Assembly (NCBI GenBank): GCA_964016885.1
Contig: OZ024744.1
Coordinates: 59,086,001 to 59,150,000, forward strand
Source: Eledone cirrhosa
Taxonomy: Eukaryota
Direction of reading: 5' to 3'
DNA: 64,000 nt
How positions within the stretch are numbered: the stretch's first letter is position 1; the number at the start of each line of letters is the position of its first letter. Under the pieces are notes generated by a model, which was not told the DNA's origin, ran no database searches, and worked only from the letters and a program-made list of their open reading frames with translations. Position numbers and translations under genes: made by a program. Of the stretch, positions 26,933 to 45,789 are shown one piece after another.

Positions 26933-27366
26933 GATCCGAAGGCATGGTATAAATTTCCAATCATTTTAATCACGACACATGTTTCAATAAGACATAGATC
27001 GATCGTGTAGCCACTGAGTTTAGTCCCTCATATGAGGGACTAAACTCTGTGAGTGAACACCGTTAATTTTCTCCCTCATATCAAGGATTTGAAGACAATT
27101 CATTTTCGCCTGACGAGATCAGTGATAATCGATCATGGCTCCACGATCGATCTATCTCTTATTGAAACATGTGTCGTGATTAATATGATTGGAAATTTAT
27201 ACCATGCCTTCGGATCTTTATTTTGATACAAATACTCTGTTTTACACATCATCTAGCTGTTCCCATAAATGGAATTGGAGATATACAAAAGCGTGGAGAA
27301 CTTAATATTGCTTATAAAGTTTATTGGACCGTATGACACAACCAATAATAGACCTTACTATATAAC

Positions 27367-27370
<4 letters not shown>
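26928..27370 (+). mobile_element. Fold-back PLE end, family C
   Basis: About 26928-27013 is the reverse complement of about 27136-27221. (TA)n lies on both sides and it contains an HHR. Confidence 0.65.
27103..27182 (+). ncRNA. Type I hammerhead ribozyme motif
   Basis: TCGC-CTGACGA-long stem II-GAAAC-ATGT-GTC-GTGA. It has a canonical GUC triplet and a palindromic stem III. Confidence 0.65.
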
Positions 27371-32034
<4,664 letters not shown>

Positions 32035-32198
32035 CGTGTATGTGTGTAGCTATCTGTGGCTATTTCTGACACTTCTCTGTTTCTGAGATACACGGTAGTC
32101 TTATTTCCCGTCTTAAGTTTTTTTAAATTTTTATTTCTAGTCTTTCTATTAATTACCATGTAATGTTTAACTAATTAAACACTTGGGATCACTTCGGA

Positions 32199-32338
32199 TA
32201 CATACATACATACATACATACATACATACATACATACATACATACATACATACATACATACATACATACATACATACATACATACATGATGATGATGGCT
32301 GCCCCCTCGTTATCGAGTATGGCCATTGCACGAGGAGA
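32199..32338 (-). mobile_element. RTE-like 3' end with a long (ATGT)n tail
   Basis: Reverse complement ...GTGCAATGGCCATACTCGATAACGAGGGGGCAGCCATCATCATC(ATGT)n. The same terminus is seen at 38416 and 63788. Confidence 0.55.
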
Positions 32339-32434
32339 AAAAAAAATATTAATAAATAAATAAAAAATAAAATTAAATAAAAAAAAAGAAATATATATAT
32401 ATATATATGCATACACACATACATATACATATAT

Positions 32435-32468
<34 letters not shown>

Positions 32469-32513
32469 ACACACATATACATTAATAACAATAATAACAA
32501 TAATAATAATAAT

Positions 32514-35500
32514 GATTTCATTTATTGGCCACAAGGGCCGACATATAGGGGACAACACAATAGACAGGGACAGTGGGGGTTTACAATAAGGTCGAGTAAA
32601 AGTGCACAATGGCAAGACTAATTTAACAATGAAAATATAAAAATATAAAATAAACTATGCATAAATATAACAAAATAAATTCCCCGATAGGGGTGGACGA
32701 CCCTGGGGTGATTCGGGTACCCCACCAATCCTGAACCACCCTGCGCTTCTAGGGCACCCAGGAGAGCACCCCTCTCCTCAAGTTAGCCAGCCTATAGGCG
32801 CATGGTCAGAGTAGGCCCATTCACACGAGCCATTCTCGCCACATTCACCCACCTTTTAGCAAATGTACTGGGAGAAGCACTTCTCTCTCCACCCTCACCC
32901 TCCTTTCCAGGTGAAACTTGAAGAAGTTGATGAGGGATTGGCCGAAGAGAAAAGTGTCTGTCTTTAGTCCTTTCAACCTGGTCCACCATATAATCTCTTT
33001 CGCAACTGCCACCAGACAGAGGAAAATTTCCTGCTCTTCCTGACCTAAGGAAGGTGGCGGCTCGATCTTCACTATGGACTCGGCCGATAGCCGGATTCGT
33101 TCCACACGCGACAGTAGCTGTTCGACATAACTCCACAAGTCAGTAATGCACGGACATTGGACAAGTGCATGCAGAACAGCATCTTGGGCAGGTCCGTCTG
33201 ACAGCACTTCCGTGCCTGTAGAGTTTATCCCGAACCGGCAGTGCCCCCCGGAAGCACTGCCAAGCGAGGGATTTCTAGAAATTCTCCATCGTCCCCGGCT
33301 CAAATGTCCTCCGGTACAGACTGGTCAGTTCGACTTTGTCGAGGCCCAAAGCTTCTCCGAGTGCGTCATCGCACTTGCCCGCCACTAATCCTCTATAGAA
33401 CTCGAAAGTGGAAGTTCCACTGATCGCATTGCCCGCTTGGCAGTGAGTGCCTGGCAACATTCCAGGTGCCAGTCACCCAGTCTCGGTCTCTTCTTGACCC
33501 AGGACTGCAGCTCAGTCAAAGAAATGAGCTGCGGAAAGGCCCGTCTGATAAACGGCGACCACACCTGTTCACCATTGAGGCAGAATATCTGGAGATGTCG
33601 CAGCCCCAACGCATGTCTGCGCATCATTAGCCACGGCATGCCCAGCCCTCCGCGTAGAGGGTGCTGGCAGCAGATGGACCGCCTCACCAACAGAACTTGT
33701 CCCCTCCACAAGAATTTGAAGAGGAGCCATTCCAACTTGACGAGGCGCGGACGGGGGCAAGGCACGACGGTTAGGCGGTAGTAGATGACGGACGCGATGT
33801 ACGCATTCGCCACCTCCGCGCGACCTTTCAGTGATAGCTTCCTCCCAGTCCATTTTTGGGTGAGACTGGCTACTCTGCTCGTTACCTCGTCCCAATTATT
33901 TTCCACCTGGAGGTCTGGTCCGAACCAAACCCCGAGAAACTTTACCGGTCCGTCCGTCCAGCGCCCCACGACGCTGTTGGACGGCATGGGCTTGCCTCTC
34001 CAGGTTCCGAGCTGCAAGCCCACCGACTTTTCCGGGTTAAGTTTTGCTCCTGTCAACCTTTCATATTCCTTCAATAAGGTACCGACCACCTCGATTTCTG
34101 AGGTGTTAGACACCATCACGGTGATGTCGTCCGCATAAGCCGACACCGCCTTTCCACGTCCCGGTTCCAGCCGGATGCCCTGCAACAGCTCCAGCTTCCG
34201 CAGTAAAGGCTCGAGAGTCAATACGTACAGAAGGGAAGAGAGAGGGCGCCCTTGACGGACCGATCGGGAGAGCCGAAATGGTTCCGAGAGGTGGCCATTA
34301 ACCTTGACCACCGAGCGTGTGCCGCTGTGCATTGCAACGATCTAGCTTCTAAAGACAGGGCCGAAGCCAGCTGCTTTGAGGACAAACTCCAGATACCGAT
34401 GGTCAATCCTATCGAATGCTTTCGATTGATCTAGATTGATCAGTGCCCCACCGAAGCCAGGTTTACACCCTACCCTCTCTATGATGTATCGCATGAGGTG
34501 GTGATTGTCGTGTATGGAGCTGGCTGGGATTGCACAAGTTTGCGCCTCCCCAACCAAATCCTCGACGACAAGCGCCAATCTCTTTGCTAACACCTTGGCC
34601 AAAATCTTAAACTCTGTGTTGAGCAGAGTTATGGGCCTGAAGTTGTCTAATGTATCCCTCTTGTTCTCGTATTTCCTTATCAGCGTCACCACTCCCCTGC
34701 TCACAGAACTGGGAATACTCCCATTCTGCTGCCAGTTGCAGTAGAGTGCTTCGAGGAGTTCGGAGAACAAGTCTGGCATATTTACGTAAAGCTCGTAGGG
34801 CAGGCCATCCAAACCGGGTGACTTGCGCCTCATGCAGCCGACAAGGGTGTCCTGAATTTCGGCTGAAGTAATCGGCCTTTCGCAGCGCTCAGCGTCGACC
34901 GTCGAGAGGCGCGGCAAGCCGTCAAGGTAGGGACTGAAATCCGCTACTCTCTCTGACTCGCCACTCTCCCTGAACAGCCGAGCAAAGTGCTGGCGAAAGG
35001 CCTCACACATCCGCTTGGAATCGCTTATCTTGTGTCCGTCTCGGTCCGCCAAAGACCGAATTATGGTTTTATTACCACGCTGCGCCTCCGCCACGCGGGC
35101 CCATCGAACAGCTTTAGTTTCCTCGTTTCTCAGCGCACGCGCCTTAGCTCTGACAATGCAACCTTCGTGTTTCGCATTGAAGAAATGGTCTAATGCCATT
35201 CTCGCCGCTAGCAGGTCAGTTGCGATGCCACTACAAATAGCCTCGTCTAACTTATCTACCAGCTCCCCCTCCTTTCTATTTTTCTCTAACGCTAGTTCTT
35301 TGCTGAACTCTATCGAAGTTACTCTAATCTCTCTTTTGAGAGCCCCCCACCATCTGTTGTTGATGATCCCCCCTCTCAACTTTTGCTTAACTAAATTGTT
35401 GACTCAGTTCCTGTAAGCCTTACGTGCCGGAAATGACATGTTCAGCTTCCAGTAACCCGGTCCTAACCTACGCGTTTTATTTAGGTCGACCGTACAGATC

Positions 35501-36343
35501 ACACATTTGTGATCTGAATAGGCGACCGTTTTAAAAAGTGGACAGCCCACACTATTTCTATCTATTTTCCTAATGAAGATCCTGTCTATATACGATCTAG
35601 ATGACCCCATTCGGTTGGTCCATGTCCATACTGGCACATTGGGGAAATCTAGTCGATACCTGTCAGACAGTTGGAACTGGCTGAGTAGGTGCTTGAGGCT
35701 TTTGCACCTCCCGCTCCTATCCCAGCGTGCGTCTAAGATGCCATTCCAGTCCCCCGCTAACAGTAAAGGGCGAGACGTACCCAGAAAGGTCTCCAGGCGC
35801 CTAAAGAAGTCAGGTCGTCCGGCCCATGTAGACAGCCAGCAGTCTAAAGGTACCACCTTCGCTACTGCTCACATCCAAGACCACCAACTTACCGTCCGGG
35901 TCCCGGATGATCGACCTTACCTCGAGATCCAGTCCTTTCCTAAACAGCACTGCCACCCCCCCCCATTCCCGGCCTGCTAACAGATGCGAAGATCTGATAG
36001 TCGTCGAAAGTGGGGGCTAGTGCGCGCGTGTCGGAAATTCTGGTCTCGCTTACGGCAATCACATCCATTTCCAGCGACAGGAGGTCCTTGAACAGGCGAC
36101 CCTGCTTCCAGGGTGACCCCAGGCCGCGAACATTTAAACTTCCTTAATATGGCCATATTGGTAAGCTAAGAGAGAGAGAGGGGAGGTTTACTTACCTCCC
36201 GGGTCTTGTGAAGGTCGGGTGGTTCGACCTCCATGGTTGGTGGGGTTTCTTTTGGGAACTCCTTTAAAAGTCTTGATGTGGGTTTCACATTCGGGGTTCC
36301 CACGTCTTGAGCAAAGCTCTCTCGAATTTCTTTGAAGGAAACA
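32514..36343 (-). mobile_element. 5'-truncated Tx1 LINE (second subfamily), disrupted ORF2 plus ORF1 tip
   Basis: ORF2 ATG at about 36156. APE (GDWN, SDHK, PGYWKLN) and RT (KSPGLDG, DQSKAFD, RQG, AYADD) motifs in ORFs 35404-35856, 34342-35379, 33385-34332 and 32845-33303. The 3' end is TGTGGCCAATAAATGAAATC, with (AAT/AAC)n on both flanks. Confidence 0.92.
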
Positions 36344-36454
36344 ACAATAATAATAACGACAACAACAACAATAATAATATACATATACATATATATATAT
36401 ATACACACACGCGCACACACATAAACATATCTATACACACACACACGATAGCAA

Positions 36455-38400
36455 CTAACAGCGCTGCGATCGAATGTGGCTTTTTAGCCCAGCCAATGAT
36501 CTAAAAGGTCTTGCACAGAGTCGGCAACCAAAACACTGGGAATAGCCGGCTGTGGTTGGAGTTCATGTACTTTTGCATGTCGCTTGAGCCCTCCTGCTGA
36601 TTTACATTCTCTACCACATGTTTGGCAAGCATGATGAGTAGCATCTCCAACAGCAGCCTGGTAGTCAACCACTGGTCTTACTTTATGACTGCGAAGATGA
36701 CTTTCGAGTCCAGCTTTGCTTAGGCAGAGTCTCGCACAGACGCTGCATGTCAGTGCCATAGGAGGACCCTCGCCGTCTGGAAGTGCAACAGCAATGCCCT
36801 TCCTCACATCCCGCTTTACTTTCTCGTATGCGATTCGAGATGCCTCAAAGGCAACTTTTCCCTCATATACAGTCTTTCTCCATTTATTACGATCAGCAAC
36901 AATATTTTCCCATGTATCAGCAGAGATGTTAGCGTCTTTCAAAGAGGCTTTCAAGGAATACTTATACCTCTTTTTTGGTTTATGTGGCGGTCGTTTTCCT
37001 TTAACCAACTCTCCATAAAAGAGTTGTTTTGGTATTCTAGAATCCTTCATCCTGGCAAGGTGACTACTCCAACGGAGTCGTTGCTTAAGCACAAGAGCTT
37101 CTATACTGTCACACATAGAGCTTTCCAAAATCTCGACATCACTGATGTGGTCCCTCCAGTGAACGCCATGGATCCGTCTGAGACACATCTGATGGAAACG
37201 CTCCAATTGCTTAAGGTGGTGTCGATATGTGACCCAGGTCTCGCAGGCATAAAGAAGACAAGAGAGCACACATGCTTTATACACCCTTACCTTTGTCCTC
37301 CTGCATATGTCTCGCCGTCGCCTTTCTAGCTTTCTGAAAGCATCATTTGCTTTCCTAATCCTAAGTGAGATTTCACTGTCAAGATTACTGTATCGATTGA
37401 CAGTGCTTCCCAGGTAGACAAACTGATCAACCACTCCAAGTCCTTTACCATACACATAGATATGTGGTTCAGTGAACTGCTTACCAGGGGCAGGTTGGTA
37501 CATGACGACGGTTTTCTTGAGACTGACAGTCAATCCTAGGGCAGTGCAAGCGTCAGAAAATGCATTCAAAATGTGCTGCATATCACTCTCTGTGTGCGCT
37601 ACAAGATCGCAATCATCTGCATACAAGAGGTCTCTTATGATTGATGTAAATATTTTTGTCTTTGCAGCAAAGCGCCTGATGTTAAATATGCTGCATGAGG
37701 TTCGATATCGGATATAAACACCATGCTCGCAATTCCTGAATGCAATACAGAAAACCATTGCAAAGTATATGGCAAACAGGGTCGGCGCTGGAATATCCAC
37801 CTGTTTCACTCCATTTTTTACTGAGATAGGCTCCGACATGTTACCTCCGACATTAACCCAATCCTTTATATCGTCATGGAAAGACCTAACTAAAGCAAGG
37901 AACTTATCAGGGCAACCAAGTTTCTGGAGAACCTTCCGTAATGCATCTCTGTTAACAGTATCGAAAGCTTTTGTCAGATCGACAAAAACCTGATACAGAT
38001 CCAAACCTTGTTCCATGCACTTCTCCTGGAGCTGTCTAGCTGAGAAGATCATATCAGTAGTGCCGCGTCCAGCACGAAAACCAGATTGACTTCCAGGAAG
38101 AACACAATCTGCAATGTGTGTCAGCAGACGGTCCAGAAGCACCCTACATAAAACTTTCCCTACGACAGAAAGCAATGATATACCTCTGTAGTTTCCACAA
38201 TCATTCCTGTTACCCTTTCCCTTGTACAAGACCACCATTACTGCATCTTTCCAGTCCTCAGGTACGGATTCGTTAGCCCATATCCTGCCAAACAAAGAGT
38301 GGAGATGTTGCAGGAGTCTCTCACCACCATATTGTAGGAGCTCAGCATGTATGCCATCCATACCTGGAGACCTTCCACTGTTCCGCTTCGAGATAGCCAC
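36455..38400 (-). mobile_element. 5'-truncated RTE-clade LINE: RT plus C-terminal C2H2 zinc fingers
   Basis: ORF 36484-38409 has SPGMDGIHAELL, NYRGISLLS, QSGFR, DLTKAFD, LYADD, YLGS, LLYACETW and RIPKQLFYGEL, then CSVC..H..H and CQTC..H..H. Confidence 0.92.
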
Positions 38401-38415
38401 TACATACATACATAC

Positions 38416-38765
38416 ATGATAGCTGCCCCTTCGTTATCGAGTATGGCCATTGCACGATATACCATTATTAATAATTATCAATTAATTCTATCGTGCAATG
38501 CCTGTGCGTGAAGATATTTTTTTAAAGTGAGGAAAGGCTGTGCACTGAGCCAATCCCACTCTCTGAGCGACAGTAGCTATAACCCGAAAAGAAGAAAATA
38601 TCAACATCATCGGTAACTACTGAGCCGCAGGTTTTATATCGGAGTTATCCCAGTTTCTTGAGTTGTCTTCTCCTAGAAGAATGCCCTGACAAGGGCTAGG
38701 GGTTCTTCACTCCCAGTGGTTTAACCGCACGATCGGTTATCCAGCTCGAATGTTTTTTATGTCCC
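38416..38765 (-). mobile_element. Short non-autonomous RTE-related element (tentative)
   Basis: It carries the RTE-like 3' terminus with an (ATGT)n tail seen at 32287. About 350 bp of non-coding body; hairpin ATTGCACGATA...TATCGTGCAAT at 38450-38500. Confidence 0.4.
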
Positions 38766-38788
38766 CGCGCATATACACACACATGCAT

Positions 38789-38943
<155 letters not shown>

Positions 38944-39149
38944 CACACATGCATACATGTATATACACATTTACACACTTTGGATGGCAGTTGACTCTTA
39001 TAAGTTTTTCCGCCCTTTGTCAGGTTTTGTTTTTTGTCCTGCAGGGTGTCCAAAATCACCCTCCTTACCAAGTAAACTTAGTGGGGTATTTAAAATTCCG
39101 ACCACGGCGCCGCCGAAACTGCTTGGCGCAGTGGTCGGGATTTTACATA

Positions 39150-39381
<232 letters not shown>

Positions 39382-39414
39382 TATTAATAAAATAGATGTT
39401 CTTTTGATCAATTA

Positions 39415-39469
39415 CATTTTATTATACATATTTCGGATTTACAACAGTACGTCCTCGTCAGACAAAATA
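39415..39469 (-). ncRNA. Minimal type I hammerhead ribozyme (inverted copy)
   Basis: Reverse complement TATTTTGT-CTGACGA-GGACGTAC..TCC-GAAA-TATGTATA-ATAAAATG. Confidence 0.75.
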
Positions 39470-41029
39470 TAATGATACATGACATACCCTGAGATGTTAA
39501 ATGGTTACGATTTAATCAAGGTAGTGATTACCCGATAGAAAATTTTACTTTTATAACATCTGTGTGAAAGTGCGAAAACGTAATGAATTCATTAGAGAAT
39601 GTGTGAGTAAGAAAAAGCGTTGCATACCTAAAGTGTTCTAAAATTTTAAATTGTATGATACTACAATATATCTAGGGAAACGTCTCATGAATCATAACAG
39701 CCAGTGATAGCCACTGGGAAAAGATTTATAAGGAGGGAAAGATAAAGTGGGGTTTTTTTTCGAAAGTTAAACGGTTAGAATTTGGAAATATTTAATTTAT
39801 AATATTAAGGTGAAGACTCCAGATTTCAGGATTATTTGCTATTTATTTATATATTATTTATATGAATTCGATAAGTGTGTTATCATTTCTAAACTGTGAA
39901 TTGTGAGAATAACATTTTAAAGGATTTAGCTGGCACGTAAAGAATGAAATATATTGTTGATTAATTACCTAAATCTAAACTTTAACAAATATCTCAACAT
40001 ATTAGGTATGTAAAGCTTTTGAAGTACTTATTGTTATAAATATTTGATTAACTATTATGTATATAGGTATATATTAATGAGTCAGTATGTATAAGGTAAA
40101 AATAAAATAAAATAAAATAATATGTTACAGATAAAATTTATAGATAATTATTCTTCAACCAAGATATCAACGTATTATTAGATATAGGGATGTATATATA
40201 TAGATATATATTAGGTATTATTGATGTAGTATACTTTAGGTAAATGATAACAGTTATACTCTTAACAACGTGTTACATTTAAATATATATATACATACAT
40301 ATAAGAAAAACGAACAATGAGTGCATGTATAAAATTCAAAATAATGTCTATAATAATTTTTAGTTTGGATATTTTCTCTATATTTGAATCATGTATATAG
40401 AAGTATGGTAGGTATATTTAAAAATATTTACAAATATATAAAATACAATATATATATTATAAAACTATTATATTATAAATAAATAAATAAATAAATAAGA
40501 GATCGAAAGTACAGCGAAAAAATTCACATTTATATATAAGTTTGAATCTGTCTCAAATTTAGATATTATAGTGTAGTAAGTATATTTAAAAGAAATATAT
40601 GCTAGATTATACTATAAATAATAGATCAAAAACATTTGGAGTTATAGATAAGTTTCGTAAAAATTTTTGGATTGGGTATTAAAACTAAAAGTTAAAAGAG
40701 AGATTACAAATGTATTAAAAATTCACAGTTAAATAAATTCAGTAGATATGTAAGGATTAGGTATTGTACTAAATTATAGATAAATGATGGTGTTGATCAA
40801 GGCTAACAAATAAAGTTGTGTGTATCAATGTTTAGGCATGCTAATTGAAATATTGTCATTCATTCTAACGTTGTTTTTTCTATAGATATCCATAAAATAA
40901 AGCAATATTAAAGGCCATTGATGTTTTTTACTGTTGATTATATTCCTGGTAACCGAGTTGTTATTGGTTCTTTCTTTCTCGTTTTATGCGAGGCTAAAAA
41001 AGTAGACATAGCTTTATGGAGGCAATTAA

Positions 41030-42914
41030 TAATTTATATGGGATAAGCAAAGATGAATATAACGACCTGATCCTGAAAGAACTAAGGAAAAATTACAAAA
41101 AAGCCCCGGCTGATGATCTTACTGAAATTAATGAAGAAGCTTATAATTTAATTACCAATCTAGGAATACAAGGAAGAACTGAGCCATTCTTACCTAGACA
41201 TCCGAGGATTAACCTGAAGGATCATAAAAGAAACTTTAAGGAAGAAATGCCAGTTAGACTGATTGCTCCTTCGAAATCGGATATAGGAGTAATCAGTAAA
41301 AACATCATAGATAGAATATTACCCACTCTTAAATTGAGATCTAGTTTGAGCTTATGGAAAGATACAAACGAGGTCATTGAATGGTACACGAATATTGAAG
41401 ATAAGAAAAACTATAAATTCATCCAGATGGACATTACTAGCTACTATTCTTCTATAACACCTAAACTTCTAAATAAGACCCTCTCGTATGCTTATAAGCA
41501 TACCGATCTAACCACAAATGAAATAGATATAATTTTAACAGCTAGAAGAACTCTCATTAAATTCAATAACCAACTTTGGACACGCTCAGATAGAGATAGA
41601 AATTTTGATATCACTTTAGAGGCATCTGATTCCGCGCAAATCACAGATCTTCTGGGAATTTTCATATTAAACACGATAAATAGAAAACTGCTGGAGATTA
41701 CCGGTGGTTTATATAGAGATGACATTTTATTTACGGTGGTCAAACACAATAATATAGAATTAAATAGAGTTAAGAAAAGTATAATAGAATTCTTTAAAAC
41801 GTGCGACCTTAAATTAGAAGTTGAAAATGGTACCAAAATAGTTAATTTCCTTGACGTTACCTTTAACTTAAACACTCGCTCCTATTACCCTTTTCATAAG
41901 CCTAATGAAAACTTAAATTATGTTAGTAACTATTCAAATCACCCTAGATCTGTAAAAAAAAAAGCTATAGTAAATAGTGTGCAAAAACGTATTAATAAAA
42001 TATCAGCTAATAAAGATATATTTGATAAAAATGCGGAATATTACAACAACGCTTTAAAAAGAGCAGGATATATGAATAATATTGAATATGTAGATAATAA
42101 CAATCCAAGTATTATTCCTAATAATAATAATAAAAATTATAACACATATAAGAGTAACTCTAATAACTATAACTCAAACACACATACGCTAAATAAATCG
42201 AGAATACGAACTAGATCTAAGCCAGTTATATGGTTTGCACCCTCAGCTTCGGTCGCAGTTAAAACACCAATTGCAAAACTATTCTTTAAAGCTCTTGACA
42301 CCTCTTTCCCTACTCAACATAAATACCATTCCATTTTTAATAGACATACCATTAAATTCGCAAATTCTACAACCAGTAACATGGCCCAAAACATCGGCAA
42401 ATTAAACGCCAAAATCCTAAAACCAAACCAACATAATGCTCATAATAATAGAGTTAACATTAATGATACTAAACCAAATTGTAATTGTAGAAATAAAAGT
42501 AATTGCCCTTTGCAAAATAATTGTTTCGATAGTAATTTGGTTTATAAATGCACCGTAAAAACTGACCATAACACATACATTGGATCAACCTCGTCCACAT
42601 TCAAACTTCGTTTCGCGAACCATAAATGCTCATTCTCGAACTCTAAGAAGAAATCATCCACGTCTTTATCATAGCTCATATGGTCTTTAAAAGAGAATAA
42701 TCTAGAATACTCCATTCTTTGGACAAAACTTCGGAACTGTGGAATTTACCGCAACTCTAGTATATCAAATAAATGCCCGCTCTGTACAATGGAGACCCTA
42801 TTGATTATTAATAATTATGAGACCCTAATTAACAAAAAAAGTGAATTATTCTCTAATTGCCTCCATAAAGCTACGTCCACTTTTTTAGCCTCACATAAAA
42901 CGAGAAAGAAATGA
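41030..42914 (+). pseudogene. Naiad PLE RT + GIY-YIG (5'-truncated, premature TAG at 42672-42674)
   Basis: KDHK, SKSDIG, GLYRDD, FLDVTF, SNHP, CNCR..CPL..C..LVYKC and YIGST. Reading past the TAG continues LIWSLKE...KCPLC..E...INKKSELFSNCLH to a TGA at about 42914. Confidence 0.9.
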
Positions 42915-42992
42915 ACCAATTAACAACTCGGTTACCAGGAATATATAATCAACAGTAAAAAACATATATATATTGCTATTTCAGAGCTCCAA

Positions 42993-43046
<54 letters not shown>

Positions 43047-44242
43047 GAAAACGAACAATGAGTGCATGTATAAAATTCAAAATAATGTCTATAATAATTT
43101 TTAGTTTGGATATTTTCTCTATATTTGAATCATGTATATAGAAGTATGGTAGGTATATTAAAAAATATTTACAAATATATAAAATACAATATACAACTAT
43201 ATATATATTATAAAACTATTATATTATAAATAAATAAATAAATAAGAGATCGAAAGTACAGCGAAAAAAATTCACATTTATATATAAGTTTGAATCTGTC
43301 TCAAATTTAGATATTATAGTGTAGTAAGTATATTTAAAAGAAATATATGCTAGATTATACTATAAATAATAGATCAAAAACATTTGGAGTTATAGATAAG
43401 TTTCGTAAAAAATTTTGGATTGGGTATTAAAACTAAAAGTTAAAAGAGAGATTACAAATGTATTAAAAATTCACAGTTAAATAAATTCAGTAGATATGTA
43501 AGGATTAGGTATTGTACTAAATTATAGATAAATGATGGTGTTGATCAAAGCTAACAAATAAAGTTGTGTGTATCAATGTTTAGGCATGCTAATTGAAATA
43601 TTGTCATTCATTCTAACGTTGTTTTTTCTATAGATATCCATAAAATAAAGCAATATTAAAGGCCATTGATGTTTTTTACTGTTGATTATATTCCTGGTAA
43701 CCGAATTGTTATTGGTTCTTTCTTTCTCGTTTTATGCGAGGCTAAAAAAGTAAACATAGCTTTATGGAGGCAATTAGAGAATAATTCACTTTTTTTGTTA
43801 ATTAAGGTCTCATAATTATTAATAATCAACAGGGTCTCCACTGTACAGAGCGGCAGTTATTTGATACAATAGAGTTGCGGTAAATTCCACAGTTCCGAAG
43901 TTTTAAATATTTCCAAATTCTAACCGTTTAACTTCCCCCCCCCCCCCCCCCCCACACACACAATTTATCTTTCCCTCCTTATAAATCTATTTACAGTGGC
44001 TATCACTGGCTGTTATGATTCATGAGACGTTTCCCTAGATATATTGTAGTATCATACAATTTAAAATTTTAGAACACTTTAGGTATGCAACGTTTTTTCT
44101 TACTCACACATTCTTTAATGAATTCATTACGTTTTTCGCATTCTCACACAAATATTATATAAGCAAAATTTTTCTATCGGGTAATCACTATCTTGATTAA
44201 ATCTTAACCATTTAACATCTCAGGGTATGTTATGTATCATTA

Positions 44243-44297
44243 TATTTTGTCTGATGAGGACGTACTGTTGTACATCCGAAATATGTATAATAAAATG
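44243..44297 (+). ncRNA. Minimal type I hammerhead ribozyme in the Naiad 3' UTR
   Basis: TATTTTGT-CTGATGA-GGACGTACTGTTGTACATCC-GAAA-TATGTATA-ATAAAATG. It has an 8-bp stem I (two G-U) and a G-C closed stem II. Predicted cleavage is after 44289. Confidence 0.8.
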
Positions 44298-44443
44298 TAA
44301 TTGATCAAAAGAACATCTATTTTATTAACACTTATATTTTAATATTAATAACTCCTGAAAATTATTTTTCAGTTGAGTGCTTCCAATCTACTGTAAAACT
44401 CATTCTTTGACATAATCATCGAATATTGTTTAACAACTTAATA

Positions 44444-44523
<80 letters not shown>

Positions 44524-44669
44524 CACATACCACACAATATATCTATATATATATATGTGTGTGTGTGTGTGGAAATAGAGGTAGATAGATAGTGTGAAAG
44601 AGAGAGCGAGAGAAAAAAAAACAGAGTATCTGGAAGACAAGTGAGTGTTAAAACTAAAACTCTGATCAA

Positions 44670-44745
44670 CCGTATATACTCGTATATAATACGTGGCAAA
44701 ATAATTTCGATGGTAAAACGGGAGTTGGCTTATATTCGAGTCTAT
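44670..44745. mobile_element. Remnant of a Tc1/pogo-type MITE end
   Basis: CCGTATATACTCGTATATAA...GGCTTATATTCGAGT resembles CCGTATATACTCG-type termini. The sequence is degenerate. Confidence 0.35.
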
Positions 44746-44985
44746 ATTTTGCCGACTTTCACCAACTTCAAATTCTACTTAAATAAAGTGATAAAATATC
44801 TGGAGTGATTATTTTACAATGAAACACTGTTTATCTACATTTACTACATCGTTATTGGTGTTCTTTATGCATTCCCTGAAAATATTTCAAACAAATTCTT
44901 ATAATTTGAACTTTTTAATACATAAATATATCATACACATACACATACATGCACGCGCACACACACACATGCATACACACATACA

Positions 44986-45098
<113 letters not shown>

Positions 45099-45554
45099 GT
45101 ACACGCACTCACACCCAGGCTGACTGTTTTTCTTGCTAATAGTTTTTCTTTCAATCTTACGTAACATTGAAATCTTCTGGCTTGTATTTTATTGCTCTCC
45201 CTCTTTCTCCCTTCTTACTCTATCTTTCCTCTCTCTATCTCTCGATTGCTGTCTCTCCATCCCTCTTCTTCTCTACGAATCCTTTCTTTACAAAGTTCCC
45301 TTATTCGATTTTTTGCTTTCTAATATTCCCATCAAGAGAGTGGCCGGAAATAAACAAAAAATCGAGTAAATTGTTGAAACTATAAAATGGATCAAATGAT
45401 TATGTAATGGAGTTGTAAAGCAAATCTATATTCTAAACGATATTTAAAACATTTTTATTTGGTTAAACACACAGGAAAAGAGAGCATCTACCTACGTTAG
45501 TCTTGACATTGAGCACGAAAGGTCAGTGAATTTCTTTACCAAAGGGTCCTCATT

Positions 45555-45745
45555 GGTGGATTGGCAGTATCGGTAGAAGGTCGGACGCCATGATTTGACG
45601 CAAAGAGTTACGGCCCTTTCCATTCTGAGTTCAAATCCCGCCGAGGTTAACTTTGTCTTTCATCCTTACGGGGTCGATAAAATAAAGTACTAGTAATACA
45701 CTGGAATAATTGCTGGCCTTGTGCCAAAAGTAGAAACAATTATTA
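45555..45745 (+). mobile_element. Octopus-type SINE
   Basis: GGTGGATTGGCAG...TTCTGAGTTCAAATCCCGCCGAGGTTAACTTTGTCTTTCATCC...GGCCTTGTGCCAAAA. Confidence 0.8.
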
Positions 45746-45789
45746 ATGAGGGTGGTACTCTTCAGTGGGATATTACTAAACGTTTTAAT

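Noticed and set aside
36484-38409. Host C2H2 zinc-finger gene
   Set aside because: The fingers are fused to an RTE reverse transcriptase that is 5'-truncated at a microsatellite.
41016-41030. ATG start of the 552-aa ORF
   Set aside because: It comes from the inverted copy of the element's 3' end, and the genuine Naiad N-terminus is missing.
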